Shown: piece by piece, positions 27,214 through 37,042 of the stretch | How the letters are laid out: every line of letters starts with the position of its first letter | Position numbering within the stretch: the stretch's first letter is position 1 | Source: an uncultured bacterium | GTDB lineage: Bacteria; Methylomirabilota; Methylomirabilia; Rokubacteriales; CSP1-6 | Assembly: GCA_964428805.1 (NCBI GenBank) | Contig: CAYRZF010000006.1 | Coordinates: 1 to 38,264, forward strand | Direction: 5' to 3' | DNA length: 38,264 nt | The notes under the pieces: generated by a model | The model's database searches: none | Told to the model about the DNA's origin: nothing | The model's input: the letters and a program-made list of their open reading frames with translations, nothing else | Translations under genes and position numbers: made by a program

Positions 27214-28127
27214 TGATGCTTGCCGTGGCACCAACCGTCGGTGGCTTGCTGGCCGAGAGCGCCACCGCGCTCGAGGGCGCGGGCCTGCCTATGGCCCGCC
27301 AGGACGCTGAGTGGCTGCTAGCGGATGCGGTGGGGATCGAGCGGTTTCGGCTCTACTTGGATCCCGACCGCACCGTCTCGGCGGAGACCGCCAAAGACTT
27401 CAGAAGCCGGATCGAGCGCCGAACGGTGCATGAGCCTCTCCAATACATTCTCGGATTCGAGGAATTCCGGGGGCATCGCCTCCAAACGGCGCCCGTCGCG
27501 TTGATCCCACGCCCCGAGACCGAACTGCTCGTCGAGTGGGCTCTGGAGTTGGAACGGCAGGACGGTCCCTGGAGCGTCGCTGTGGACGTCGGCACCGGGA
27601 CCGGGGCGATTGCCTGCGCCCTTGCCGCGGCCGTCCCGGGTCTCCGGATCGTGGCGATCGAGCGCTCGAAGGGAGCATTGGCCCTTGCTGCCGTGAATGT
27701 CGGGACCCTCGGGCTCGGCCAGCAGGTTCGGCTGGTCCCGGGCGATCTCCTCGAACCGCTGGCCGGCCTTACTACGGCGGTTGACCTGGTGATCTCCAAC
27801 CCTCCGTACGTCCCGACCGGTGAACTTCCCGGCTTGCCCATCGAGGTTCGCGATTGGGAACCGCGCGAGGCGCTGGACGGCGGACCGGACGGGATGGATG
27901 TCCATCGGCGTCTCATCGCTCGGTCCCCGCGGTTTCTGAAGCCCGGGGGGTGGCTGCTGATGGAGATGGGAGAACGTCAGGCCGAACCGCTCAGGCAGTG
28001 CCTGGCGGCAAGTGGGTTTGAGAGGATCGAGGTGCGCAAGGATTTACGGGGCGTCGAGCGGATGATCGGCGGGCGGGTACCGGGTACCCACGCTCGAAGC
28101 GTGGGTACGGAGGCTTGGGTGCGCTGA
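27210..28127 (+). CDS. prmC: Release factor glutamine methyltransferase
   Basis: [27 protein letters not shown]; follows prfA. Confidence 0.93.
   Translation: MMMLAVAPTVGGLLAESATALEGAGLPMARQDAEWLLADAVGIERFRLYLDPDRTVSAETAKDFRSRIERRTVHEPLQYILGFEEFRGHRLQTAPVALIPRPETELLVEWALELERQDGPWSVAVDVGTGTGAIACALAAAVPGLRIVAIERSKGALALAAVNVGTLGLGQQVRLVPGDLLEPLAGLTTAVDLVISNPPYVPTGELPGLPIEVRDWEPREALDGGPDGMDVHRRLIARSPRFLKPGGWLLMEMGERQAEPLRQCLAASGFERIEVRKDLRGVERMIGGRVPGTHARSVGTEAWVR
28080..28108 (-). repeat. Family-2 hairpin element in prmC 3' end
   Basis: Minus strand GTACCCACGCT-TCG-AGCGTGGGTAC-CCGG, perfect 11-bp stem. Confidence 0.75.
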
Positions 28128-29383
28128 TGGCGGCCGGTCTCGAGATCGAGGGGGGAGTTCGGCTCAGCGGCACGGTGCCTTCCAGCCCCGCCAAGAATGC
28201 CGCGCTCCCGGCCCTGGCGGCCTCGCTGCTGACGGCGGAGCCGGTCGTGCTGGAAAACCTCCCTGCGCTGGCCGACGTCACTACCATCAGCGAGCTGCTC
28301 GCGCGGCTGGGGGCCGAATTCTCCGAGGAGCCGGGAGGGGGAACGCGGGTCCAGGTGCCCCGGGTGAAGAGCCACGAGGCCCCCTACGAGCTGGTCTCCA
28401 CCATGCGCGCCTCGGTGCTCGTTCTGGGGCCGCTGCTGGCGCGGACGGGACTGGCCCGCGTCGCCCTTCCCGGCGGCTGCGCCATAGGGCTTCGACCCAT
28501 TGACCAGCACCTCAAGGGGCTCAAGCGCCTCGGCGCCGACATCGGGATCGAGAACGGGTTCGTGGAGGCGCGCGCGAGCCGGCTCAAGGGCTGCCGAATC
28601 ACCCTGGACCTGGTCACGGTGACGGGCACCGAAAACCTGATGATGGCCGCGGTCCTCGCGGAAGGAACCACGGTGATCGAGAACGCCGCCCGGGAGCCGG
28701 AGGTCGTGGACCTCGCCGGTCTGCTTCAGGCCATGGGGGCCACGATCGAGGGGGCGGGAACCGAGCGGATCGAGATCCGGGGAGTTTCCGAGCTCGGTGG
28801 CTGCCGACACCGGATCATCCCGGATCGAATCGAGACGGGAACCCTGCTCGTGGCCGGCGCCATCACGGCGGGAGAGGTGACCGTCACGAACACGGCGCCC
28901 AGGCACCTCTCAGCTCTGCTCGCCAAACTCGAGGAGGCGGGGGCGCTTGTCGAGATGGGGGAGGACTGGATCCGCTGCCAGGGCCCCGAGCGGCCGCGCC
29001 CGACCGACGTGATCACCAGTCCCTTTCCCGGCTTCGCTACCGACATGCAGGCGCAGATGATGACCCTGCTCGGGCTGGCCGACGGCCTGTCGCGCATCAC
29101 CGAGACGATCTTTGAGAACCGATTTATGCATGCGGCGGAACTGAACCGGATGGGGGCCCGGATCGAAACCGACGGGGCCACGGCCCTCGTCCGGGGTGTC
29201 GAGCATTACCAGGGGGCCCCCGTGATGGCGACGGATCTCCGCGCGTCCGCCTCGCTGGTCCTGGCGGGTCTGGCGGCGCGGGGGAGGACCGAGGTCTCGC
29301 GCGTCTATCACCTGGACCGCGGATACGAGCGGTTGGAAGCGAAGCTCCAGGGACTCGGCGCGCGGATCCGGCGAATTCCATGA
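28127..29383 (+). CDS. murA: UDP-N-acetylglucosamine 1-carboxyvinyltransferase
   Basis: AKNAALP, MRAS, PGGCAIG.RP (catalytic Cys), AREPE, PDRIE, TDLRA, LDRGY. Confidence 0.97.
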   Translation: MAAGLEIEGGVRLSGTVPSSPAKNAALPALAASLLTAEPVVLENLPALADVTTISELLARLGAEFSEEPGGGTRVQVPRVKSHEAPYELVSTMRASVLVLGPLLARTGLARVALPGGCAIGLRPIDQHLKGLKRLGADIGIENGFVEARASRLKGCRITLDLVTVTGTENLMMAAVLAEGTTVIENAAREPEVVDLAGLLQAMGATIEGAGTERIEIRGVSELGGCRHRIIPDRIETGTLLVAGAITAGEVTVTNTAPRHLSALLAKLEEAGALVEMGEDWIRCQGPERPRPTDVITSPFPGFATDMQAQMMTLLGLADGLSRITETIFENRFMHAAELNRMGARIETDGATALVRGVEHYQGAPVMATDLRASASLVLAGLAARGRTEVSRVYHLDRGYERLEAKLQGLGARIRRIP

Positions 29384-30021
29384 ACAAGCAGCTCACGCTG
29401 GCCCTGCCCAAAGGCCGGTTGCTCGCCCCGGCCCTCAAGATGCTGCGGAGCATGGGGCTGGACGGGGTGGAGGCTGACTCGCGGAAGCTGATCTTCGCGG
29501 ACGAGCGCCGCGGGCTCCGGTTCTTGATTCTGAAGCCTGCCGATATCCCGACCTATGTGGAGTACGGGGCCGCAGACCTGGGGATCGTGGGCAAGGACAT
29601 CCTCCTCGAGCAGGAGCCCGACGTTTACGAACCGCTCGACCTCGGCTTCGGCTTCTGCCGGCTCGTCGTGGCCGAGCCCAGGGCGCTCTGGGAGCGGGAC
29701 GATCCGTCCAAGTGGTCGTGGGTACGGGTCGCGACCAAGTATCCGACCCTGACCGAGCGCTACTTCTCCGAGCGGGGGATCCAGGTGGAGATGATCCGGC
29801 TGGACGGCTCCATCGAGCTGGCGCCGCTGGTGGGTCTCGCTGACCGGATCGTGGACCTCGTCCAGTCCGGCGAAACCCTGCGCGCCAACGGCCTCGTGGA
29901 GGTCGCCGAGATCGCGCGTTCCACTGCGCGCCTGATCGTGAACCGCGCGTCCCTCAAGACCGAGTACTCCCCGGTGAGCCACCTCATCGAACAGATGAAA
30001 AAGCAGGTGACGCGCCCGTGA
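29380..30021 (+). CDS. hisG: ATP phosphoribosyltransferase, short form
   Basis: [32 protein letters not shown]; 213 aa, no regulatory domain. Confidence 0.95.
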   Translation: MNKQLTLALPKGRLLAPALKMLRSMGLDGVEADSRKLIFADERRGLRFLILKPADIPTYVEYGAADLGIVGKDILLEQEPDVYEPLDLGFGFCRLVVAEPRALWERDDPSKWSWVRVATKYPTLTERYFSERGIQVEMIRLDGSIELAPLVGLADRIVDLVQSGETLRANGLVEVAEIARSTARLIVNRASLKTEYSPVSHLIEQMKKQVTRP

Positions 30022-31331
30022 TATGCCTGAGGCTGGACACTCATGCGCTAGGGGTCCCCGGGGTAGTGAAGGCCCTGGAACGGTCCCCTGCGGGGGTGGA
30101 TCCCGAGATCCATGGCCAGGTGGAGGCAATCCTCTCCGGCGTCAAGGAGCGAGGGGATGCCGCTCTTGTCGAGTTCACCGAGCGGTTCGACGGGGTGCGA
30201 CTCACCCCGCAGGAGCTTCCCGTCGACGCCGGCGAGTACGAGGCCGCCGAGCGGGCGGTCGGCCGAGCCACGCTGCGCGCGCTGAGATATGCCGCCGATC
30301 GGATCGAGGCCTTTCACCGCCACACACTGCCCCGTTCCTGGTGGGTCGAGGATGCCAACGCCTCCCTGCTGGGGCAGCAGGTTCGCCCGCTGGAGCGCGT
30401 CGGTATCTACGTGCCCGGCGGCCGTGCAGCCTACCCCTCGACGGTCTTGATGACGGCCGTCCCGGCGCGCGTGGCGGGAGTATCGGAGGTCGTCCTCGTC
30501 TCGCCGCCGGCATCGGACAAATCGTTGAACGCGGCGGTTCTCGCGGCGGCGCGGGTCGCCGGAGTCACGGAGGCCTACAAGGTCGGGGGGGCTCAGGCCA
30601 TCGCGGCCCTGGCCTACGGGACGGCAACCATCCGCCGGGTTGACAAGATCGTCGGCCCCGGCAACATCTACGTCGCCCTCGCCAAGAGCAAAGTGTTCGG
30701 CCAGGTCGGAATCGACATGCTTGCTGGACCGAGCGAAGTGGTGGTGGTGGCCGACGAGAGTGCAGATCCGGAGTGGGTCGCCGCCGATCTCCTGGCCCAA
30801 GCCGAGCACGACCCGATGGCGCGCGCGGTGCTCCTGACGGCGGATGCCGGGCTCATCGAACGCGTGGCCGGGGCGCTGGAGCGAAGGCTGGCCGGGCTCG
30901 CGCGCAGCACGATTGCCCGGAAGTCGCTCGAGAACAATGGGGCGCTGGTGCTGACCCGGGACCTGGCCGAGGCCGTCGCGATCGCGAATAGGCTGGCCCC
31001 TGAGCATCTCGAGCTCCAGGTCGGCGACCCGTTTTCGCTGCTTCCCGCCGTCCGCCACGCAGGGGCGATCTTCCTCGGCCGGCAGACCCCCGAAGTGATC
31101 GGCGACTACGTGGCGGGACCGAATCACGTGCTGCCCACCGGGGGCACCGCCCGATTTTCCTCGGCCCTCGGCGTCGAGGATTTTATCAAGCGCTCAAACC
31201 TCATCCACTACTCTCAGAAGGGGCTCAGCGAGGCCTGGCCGCACGTCGAAGAGCTCACCCGAGTCGAAGGACTCCAGGCTCACGGCGTCGCCGCGGAGGT
31301 CCGTCTCCCCAAGCGAGGGCAACCATCATGA
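30018..31331 (+). CDS. hisD: Histidinol dehydrogenase
   Basis: YVPGG, GGAQAIAALAYG, GPGN, AGPSE, QAEHD, APEHL, GDY.AGPNH.LPT. Confidence 0.97.
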   Translation: MICLRLDTHALGVPGVVKALERSPAGVDPEIHGQVEAILSGVKERGDAALVEFTERFDGVRLTPQELPVDAGEYEAAERAVGRATLRALRYAADRIEAFHRHTLPRSWWVEDANASLLGQQVRPLERVGIYVPGGRAAYPSTVLMTAVPARVAGVSEVVLVSPPASDKSLNAAVLAAARVAGVTEAYKVGGAQAIAALAYGTATIRRVDKIVGPGNIYVALAKSKVFGQVGIDMLAGPSEVVVVADESADPEWVAADLLAQAEHDPMARAVLLTADAGLIERVAGALERRLAGLARSTIARKSLENNGALVLTRDLAEAVAIANRLAPEHLELQVGDPFSLLPAVRHAGAIFLGRQTPEVIGDYVAGPNHVLPTGGTARFSSALGVEDFIKRSNLIHYSQKGLSEAWPHVEELTRVEGLQAHGVAAEVRLPKRGQPS

Positions 31332-31972
31332 GCCGAATCACGCGAGAGGGACGGCCGGATGTTCCGCGGGCACCCGAACCCCTTCGGGCTCGGGTCGCGC
31401 GCATCGAGCGCAAGACCCGGGAGACCGAGGTGCTGCTCCAGCTCAACCTGGACGGCAACGGCGCCTCCAAGGTCGAGACCACGATCCCGTTCTTGAACCA
31501 CATGCTGGAGGCGTGGGCGAAGCACGGCCTGATGGACCTCACGGTGGACGCGCGGGGCGACACCGAGGTGGACCTGCATCACACGGTGGAGGATGTCGGC
31601 ATTTGCCTGGGCAAAGCGTTCAAGGAGGCGATCGGAGACAAGAAGGGGATCGTTCGCTACGGGGCCGCCTCCGTCCCGATGGACGAGGCCCTGGTTTCCT
31701 CGACCCTGGATATCTCGGGGCGTCCCTTCCTGGTATTCAACGTCCCGCTGATGCGGACCCGGGTGGCGAACTTCGACCTGGACCTCCTCAAGGACTTCTT
31801 CCGGGCGTTCGCCTTCAACGGGGACGTGACGCTCCACGTCAACCTCCACTACGGCGAGAATCTCCACCACATCTCCGAAGCGGTCTTCAAAGCCGTGGGG
31901 CGGGCCCTGGCCGAGGCCACGCGCCTCAACCCCCGGATCGAAGGCGTCCTTTCGACAAAAGGCGACCTGTAA
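31328..31972 (+). CDS. hisB: Imidazoleglycerol-phosphate dehydratase
   Basis: RKTRET, FLNHML, DLHHTVED, PMDEAL, NLHH..EA.FK, STKG; extended N-terminus. Confidence 0.95.
   Translation: MSRITREGRPDVPRAPEPLRARVARIERKTRETEVLLQLNLDGNGASKVETTIPFLNHMLEAWAKHGLMDLTVDARGDTEVDLHHTVEDVGICLGKAFKEAIGDKKGIVRYGAASVPMDEALVSSTLDISGRPFLVFNVPLMRTRVANFDLDLLKDFFRAFAFNGDVTLHVNLHYGENLHHISEAVFKAVGRALAEATRLNPRIEGVLSTKGDL
31367..31395 (-). repeat. Family-2-like hairpin in the hisB N-terminal extension
   Basis: Minus strand ACCCGAGCCC-GAAG-GGGTTCGGGT-GCCCG. Confidence 0.5.
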
Positions 31973-31973
31973 T

Positions 31974-32118
31974 GCCGGGCCAAGTGGCGAGTCAGACAAG
32001 GCCCGAGGGAGGAGCCGGCCGGAGGCGTAGCGACCCAGCCCGCCTGCGGCGGGACTGGGTGCCCGTAAAGGAATGGCGACGACCGAGAACGAAGTATGAC
32101 GAAGTCAGTTGGGCCGGC
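31974..32118. repeat. MITE/REPIN-like intergenic element between hisB and hisH with nested family-2 hairpin (32033-32065)
   Basis: Imperfect terminal inverted repeats GCCGGGCCAAGTGGC / GTCAGTTGGGCCGGC (12/15); central ACCCAG-CCCGCC-TGC-GGCGGG-A-CTGGGT-GCCCG. Confidence 0.55.
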
Positions 32119-32120
32119 AG

Positions 32121-32738
32121 ATGATTGCGATTGTTGACTACGGCAGAGGCAACCTGGGAAGCGTAGAGAAGGCGTTCGCGCGCGTCGGCATGGACGCCGT
32201 GGTGACCCAGGATCCCCAGGTTGTCGAGGACTCGGAGGCGGTGGTGCTGCCCGGTGACGGCGCCTTCCACGACGCGATGCTGAGCCTCGATCGCTGGGCG
32301 CTGCTGGCGCCCCTGCGCCGGGCGCTGGAGGGCGGGCGCCCCTTCCTTGGCATCTGCCTCGGCTACCAGCTCCTCTTCTCCGAGAGCGAGGAATTCGGCC
32401 AGGGCCGGGGACTCGACGTGATCCCGGGCGTGGTCCGCCGCTTCCCGAAGGGCTTCAAGGTACCCCACATGGGGTGGAACCAAGTCCAGCACGGGGGCGA
32501 CCTCGCCATCTTTGATGGCATTCCGAGCGGCGCCTACTTCTATTTCGTCCACTCCTATTACCCGGAGCTGCTGGACGGGACGCTGAAGGTCGCGATGTGC
32601 ACCTACGCCGTGACTTTCCCGGCCGCCATCGGGAAGGGCAATCTCTTCGCCACGCAGTTCCACCCGGAGAAGAGCCAGCGGTGGGGGTTGCGGCTGATTG
32701 AGAACTTCGCCGCCTTCGTCAGGGACCAACGGGCATGA
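32121..32738 (+). CDS. hisH: Imidazole glycerol phosphate synthase glutamine amidotransferase subunit
   Basis: IAIVDYG.GN..SV, LGICLG.Q, PHMGWN, YFVHSY, QFHPEKS. Confidence 0.96.
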   Translation: MIAIVDYGRGNLGSVEKAFARVGMDAVVTQDPQVVEDSEAVVLPGDGAFHDAMLSLDRWALLAPLRRALEGGRPFLGICLGYQLLFSESEEFGQGRGLDVIPGVVRRFPKGFKVPHMGWNQVQHGGDLAIFDGIPSGAYFYFVHSYYPELLDGTLKVAMCTYAVTFPAAIGKGNLFATQFHPEKSQRWGLRLIENFAAFVRDQRA

Positions 32739-33457
32739 TGGTCATTCCCGCGGTGGATCTGCGCGGCGGCCGCTGCGTTCGGCTCGTTCAAGGGCGTCAG
32801 GAGGCGGAAACCGTTTTCTCGGAGGATCCCGTGGCCGTCGCGCGTTCCTGGGCTGAGCGGGGCGCCCCCCGGCTGCACGTCGTGGACCTGGACGGTGCCT
32901 TCGCAGGGTCGCCGAAGCAGACCGGAATCATCGAAGAAATTGTCCGCAGCATTCAGGTCCCGGTTGAGGCTGGAGGCGGCCTCCGGAGTCTCGAGGCCAT
33001 CGGGGCGCTTTTGGCATCCGGGGTTCGGTGGGCACTGCTGGGGACCCGCGCCGCGCTTGATCCCGTGTTCCTCGCCGAGGCCTGCCGTCTGTTTCCCGGC
33101 AGGATCATCGTGGCCGTGGATGCCTCCGACGGGAACGTCGCCGTGGATGGCTGGACGCGGCGACTCGACGTCTCGGCGGTGGATCTCGCCCGGCGGGCCC
33201 GGCAGGTCGGCGCCGCGGAGATTCTGTACACCGACATTGCCCGCGACGGCACCCAGTTGGGTCCCGATCTCAGGAGCACCCTGGCGGTCGCCCAGGCGGC
33301 GGGGCTCCCGGTCCTCGCCTCCGGTGGGGTCGCGAGCCTGGAGGACCTCAAGCGGTTGGCAGGGATCCCGGGAGTAGTCGGGGCCGTCGTGGGCCGGGCG
33401 CTCTACACGGGAGCGGTTGACCTGAAGCAGGCGCTGGCCGAACTCTCAGCGTGCTAG
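32735..33457 (+). CDS. hisA: ProFAR isomerase
   Basis: [39 protein letters not shown]. Confidence 0.96.
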   Translation: MMVIPAVDLRGGRCVRLVQGRQEAETVFSEDPVAVARSWAERGAPRLHVVDLDGAFAGSPKQTGIIEEIVRSIQVPVEAGGGLRSLEAIGALLASGVRWALLGTRAALDPVFLAEACRLFPGRIIVAVDASDGNVAVDGWTRRLDVSAVDLARRARQVGAAEILYTDIARDGTQLGPDLRSTLAVAQAAGLPVLASGGVASLEDLKRLAGIPGVVGAVVGRALYTGAVDLKQALAELSAC

Positions 33458-34230
33458 CAAAGCGCGTCATCCCGTGCCTGGACGTCAAGGACGGACGGGT
33501 GGTCAAAGGGGTTCGGTTCCTGGACCTCCGCGACGCCGGCGATCCTGTGGCGGCCGCGCAGGCCTATGATGCTCAAGGGGCGGATGAACTCGTGTTCCTG
33601 GACATCACGGCGTCCCACGAGGGGCGCGCCATCATGCTGGACGTGGTCCGGCGCACCGCGGAAGGGATCTACATGCCGCTGACGGTCGGCGGGGGCATTC
33701 GCGGGGTGGACGACATCAGAACACTGCTCCGCGCGGGAGCCGACAAGGTCTCGCTGAATACAGCCGCGCTGGAGCGGCCAGGGCTGATCCGCGAGGTGGC
33801 CGAACGCTTCGGGAGCCAGTGCATTGTGGTGGCGATCGATGCCAAACGGGAGCACGCCTCGTCCGGATCCGATGGCGGATGGGCTGTGTACAGCCACGGG
33901 GGCCGCCGTCCCGTGAACCGTGACGCCGTGGCCTGGGCGCAGGAGGCGGAAGGCCTCGGCGCGGGGGAGATCCTCCTCACGAGCATGGACCGGGATGGGA
34001 CCCAGGACGGCTATGACCTGGTGCTGACGCGCGCGGTGGCTGAGGCGGTTTCGATTCCCGTGATCGCCTCGGGGGGCGTGGGCGGCCTCGAACACCTCCG
34101 GGAGGGCCTCGTCGAGGGGAAAGCCGACGCGGCGCTCGCCGCCTCGATCTTTCATTTCGGAACCTATACGGTGCGGGACGCCAAAGTGTACCTGCGGGAT
34201 CACGGCGTGCCGGTGAGGGTTGAAGAGTGA
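33451..34230 (+). CDS. hisF: Imidazole glycerol phosphate synthase cyclase subunit
   Basis: [44 protein letters not shown]. Confidence 0.97.
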   Translation: MLAKRVIPCLDVKDGRVVKGVRFLDLRDAGDPVAAAQAYDAQGADELVFLDITASHEGRAIMLDVVRRTAEGIYMPLTVGGGIRGVDDIRTLLRAGADKVSLNTAALERPGLIREVAERFGSQCIVVAIDAKREHASSGSDGGWAVYSHGGRRPVNRDAVAWAQEAEGLGAGEILLTSMDRDGTQDGYDLVLTRAVAEAVSIPVIASGGVGGLEHLREGLVEGKADAALAASIFHFGTYTVRDAKVYLRDHGVPVRVEE

Positions 34231-34970
34231 GGACGGTGGACGAACTCAAGTGGGATGGAGAAGGGCTGATTCCGGCTCTTGCCCAGGAGGCTCGGACCGG
34301 CGAACTCCTGATGCTGGCCTGGATGGACCGTCAGGCGTTGAGACAGACTCTCGACACCGGTCTGGCCCACTATTGGTCGCGCTCCCGGAAAGCGCTCTGG
34401 CAGAAGGGCGAGAGTTCGGGTCATCGCCAGCATGTGGAGGCGATCTACGCCGACTGCGACGGGGACGCGCTCCTGCTCCTGGTTCACCAGGAGGGAGTGG
34501 CCTGTCACACGGGCAGTCGGACGTGCTTCTTCAATGAGTTGGCCGTCGGGGCGCCTACGCGCCCGACGGTCGGCCAAGATTCGACGCGGGCGCCGGGCCC
34601 GAAGCTCGACCAAGACCCCTCGCCGGGAGAAGTTCCTGCCCGCGCACCGGCTTTCTCGGGACCAGTGATCCTTGACGTGGTGGAACGCGTCATCCAGTCC
34701 CGGAAGGTCAAGCCGACGCCCGGCTCTTACGTCGCCGACCTCCTGAAAAGGGGAGAGGCGCATATCTGCCGGAAGATCGGCGAGGAGGCCTCGGAGGTGG
34801 TAACCGCCGCCCTGGGAGGCGAGGGGGAGACCCGCCTCGTGGAGGAGGTCGCCGACCTCTGGTTTCATACGATGGTGCTGCTGGGCGGGCGCGGGATTTC
34901 ACTCCGCCGGGTCTTCGAGGAGCTCGGCCAGCGCCACGCGAAGAAAACGGCGGAATCGGAGGGGAGCTGA
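34227..34970 (+). CDS. hisIE: Bifunctional phosphoribosyl-AMP cyclohydrolase / phosphoribosyl-ATP pyrophosphatase
   Basis: WSRSR..LW.KGE.SG, DCDGD, ACHTG..TCF; KIGEEA.E, EVADL.FH. Confidence 0.95.
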   Translation: MRTVDELKWDGEGLIPALAQEARTGELLMLAWMDRQALRQTLDTGLAHYWSRSRKALWQKGESSGHRQHVEAIYADCDGDALLLLVHQEGVACHTGSRTCFFNELAVGAPTRPTVGQDSTRAPGPKLDQDPSPGEVPARAPAFSGPVILDVVERVIQSRKVKPTPGSYVADLLKRGEAHICRKIGEEASEVVTAALGGEGETRLVEEVADLWFHTMVLLGGRGISLRRVFEELGQRHAKKTAESEGS

Positions 34971-35017
34971 GGCTGAGGGGGATTCGCCGGAGGCCTGGAC
35001 CGCTGATCGCGGGGGGC

Positions 35018-35491
35018 TTGCTGCTCCTCCTGGGAGGCTCGGCGTGCAGCGCCGGGCGCATCGAGGGGGGAGTCTTTTACTCTCCGAAGGGTTACCGTGT
35101 GACGCTCCCCGTGAGGCAGGGGTGGGAGGTGGCAGCCGATGGCCGGGCCGACCTGGAGCTGCGCCGGCCCGCGTCCCGGGCGGGGATCCTGGTAAACGCG
35201 ACGTGCGAGGGCAACGCGCCCTCGCGATCGCTCGCCGTGCTCTCGCGTCACCTGACCTTCGGGATTCAGAGCAAGGAGGTCCTGGAGCGGGGGGACCGCA
35301 CTATGGCGGGGCATCATGCCTTCCGGATGCTTTTCGAGGGACGCCTGGATGGCGCCCCGGTCCAGGTGGAGGCGTACGTGGTGAAAGGCGCCGGGTGCGT
35401 TTACGACCTGATCTACGTGGCCCCGCCCGCTCAGTTCGCCAGCGGGGCGGAGGACTTCCAGGCGGTCGTCGAGAGTTTTGCCGGACCCTGA
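35018..35491 (+). CDS. Hypothetical lipoprotein (start probably further upstream)
   Basis: LLLLLGGSAC lipobox-like segment; fills the hisIE-mlaE gap on the same strand; ends CVYDL.YVA...F...VESF. Confidence 0.65.
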   Translation: MLLLLGGSACSAGRIEGGVFYSPKGYRVTLPVRQGWEVAADGRADLELRRPASRAGILVNATCEGNAPSRSLAVLSRHLTFGIQSKEVLERGDRTMAGHHAFRMLFEGRLDGAPVQVEAYVVKGAGCVYDLIYVAPPAQFASGAEDFQAVVESFAGP

Positions 35492-35507
35492 GGAGGGAGA
35501 TTCCGTG

Positions 35508-36296
35508 ATGGCAGGGACGTACCTGAGAGAGCAAGGGCGGCAGGCCTTGATTTGGTACGGCGGCCTCGGACTGCTCACGGCACAGGTGATGAGGAACCTG
35601 GCCCTTCCCCCCTCCTATTGGCGTCTGGTGGCGCAAGAGGTGGACGCGATGGGGGTCCGCTCAGCGCTGGTTGCCCTGACCACCGCGATCTTCACTGGCA
35701 TGGTGCTCGCGCTGCAGAGCGCCGTGAACATGGCCCGCTTCGGTGCCGAAAACTACGTGGGGCCGGTGGTGGCGCTGTCCATGCTCCGGGAGCTGGGCCC
35801 GGTGCTCACCGCGATCCTCGTCGGCGGGAAGGTGGCGTCGGGGATTACCGCCGAGCTGGGCTCCATGAAAGTGACCGAGCAGATCGACGCCCTCCGGGCC
35901 ATCGGCGTCAACTACGTCAAGAAGCTCATCGTTCCCCGGCTGCTGGCCGCGCTTCTGGTCTTCCCGCTGCTGACCATCCTCGCGGACTTCATCGGGCTCC
36001 TGGGCGGGATGCTGATCGCGGTGTTCGAGCGCCGTGTCGATTTTTACGTTTACTGGAACAACATCTTCTACTGGGTGACGCTGCGCGACTTCCTCACCGG
36101 GATCGGCAAGAGTTTCTTCTTCGCCGCCCTCATCACGCTGATTGGGTGCTACAACGGCCTCCGCACCGAAGGCGGGACGGAGGGGTTGGGGCGCGCGACC
36201 ACCGCCACGGTGGTGCAGGTCGCAATGAGCGTGATCCTCGCGGACTTCTTCCTGACCAAGCTGTTCCTGTTCCTGTTCTGGCCCGAAATCCCATGA
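35508..36296 (+). CDS. mlaE: MlaE-family ABC transporter permease
   Basis: FTGMVLALQ, LRELGPVLTA, AELGSMKVTEQIDAL, G.EG.GRATT..VV. Confidence 0.9.
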   Translation: MAGTYLREQGRQALIWYGGLGLLTAQVMRNLALPPSYWRLVAQEVDAMGVRSALVALTTAIFTGMVLALQSAVNMARFGAENYVGPVVALSMLRELGPVLTAILVGGKVASGITAELGSMKVTEQIDALRAIGVNYVKKLIVPRLLAALLVFPLLTILADFIGLLGGMLIAVFERRVDFYVYWNNIFYWVTLRDFLTGIGKSFFFAALITLIGCYNGLRTEGGTEGLGRATTATVVQVAMSVILADFFLTKLFLFLFWPEIP

Positions 36297-37042
36297 AAGA
36301 GCAGCCGGTCTTGGAGGTTCGGGGGGTCTGGAAGGCCTTTGATCAGCACGAGGTCCTTCGCGGCGTGAGCCTGACCCTCCCCAGGGGGACCACCCTGGCC
36401 GTGATGGGTGGCAGCGGCGTCGGGAAGACGGTGCTCCTGCGGCTCTGCGCCGGTCTGACACGACCGGATGCCGGGGAGATCACGCTCTTCGGGCATGAGA
36501 TCGAGCACCTCCGAGAGGAAGCGATGCTCCCGCTTCGGCGCCGGACGGGCTTCGTCTTCCAAGGGGCCGCGCTCTTCGACTCGCTCTCGGTGTTCGAGAA
36601 CGTGGCATATCCGCTGCGCGAACACACCGCGTGGAGTGAGGGCGAGATCACGGACCGCGTTCACCGGTTCCTCGCGCTGGTGGGATTGCCCGGAACCGAC
36701 TCCCTCCTGCCGGCGAAACTCTCGGGGGGCATGAAGAAGCGGGTCGGGATTGCCCGGGCTTTGGTGCTGGAGCCCGAAGTGGTGTTCCTCGACGAGCCCA
36801 CCGCCGGGCTCGATCCGACAAACGCCCGCGTCGTGGGCGAGCTCATCGCGCAGCTCCGGAGCGGAGTGTGCGACACCGCGATCGTCGTCACGCACGACAT
36901 CGAGTTCGCTGACATGGTGGCGGACCAGATGGCGATTCTCCACGAGGGGCGATTCGCGGTCATGGGGACGCCAGCGGATGTGCACCGCTCCGAGGTTGCC
37001 GCCGTCCGGCAGTTCCTGGCCGGCGAGCTCCGGGGACAGTGA
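36293..37042 (+). CDS. mlaF: MlaF-family ABC transporter ATP-binding protein
   Basis: GGSGVGKT, FQGAALFDSL, LSGGMKKR, LDEPTAGLDP, VTHD; ATG overlaps mlaE stop. Confidence 0.9.
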   Translation: MKEQPVLEVRGVWKAFDQHEVLRGVSLTLPRGTTLAVMGGSGVGKTVLLRLCAGLTRPDAGEITLFGHEIEHLREEAMLPLRRRTGFVFQGAALFDSLSVFENVAYPLREHTAWSEGEITDRVHRFLALVGLPGTDSLLPAKLSGGMKKRVGIARALVLEPEVVFLDEPTAGLDPTNARVVGELIAQLRSGVCDTAIVVTHDIEFADMVADQMAILHEGRFAVMGTPADVHRSEVAAVRQFLAGELRGQ

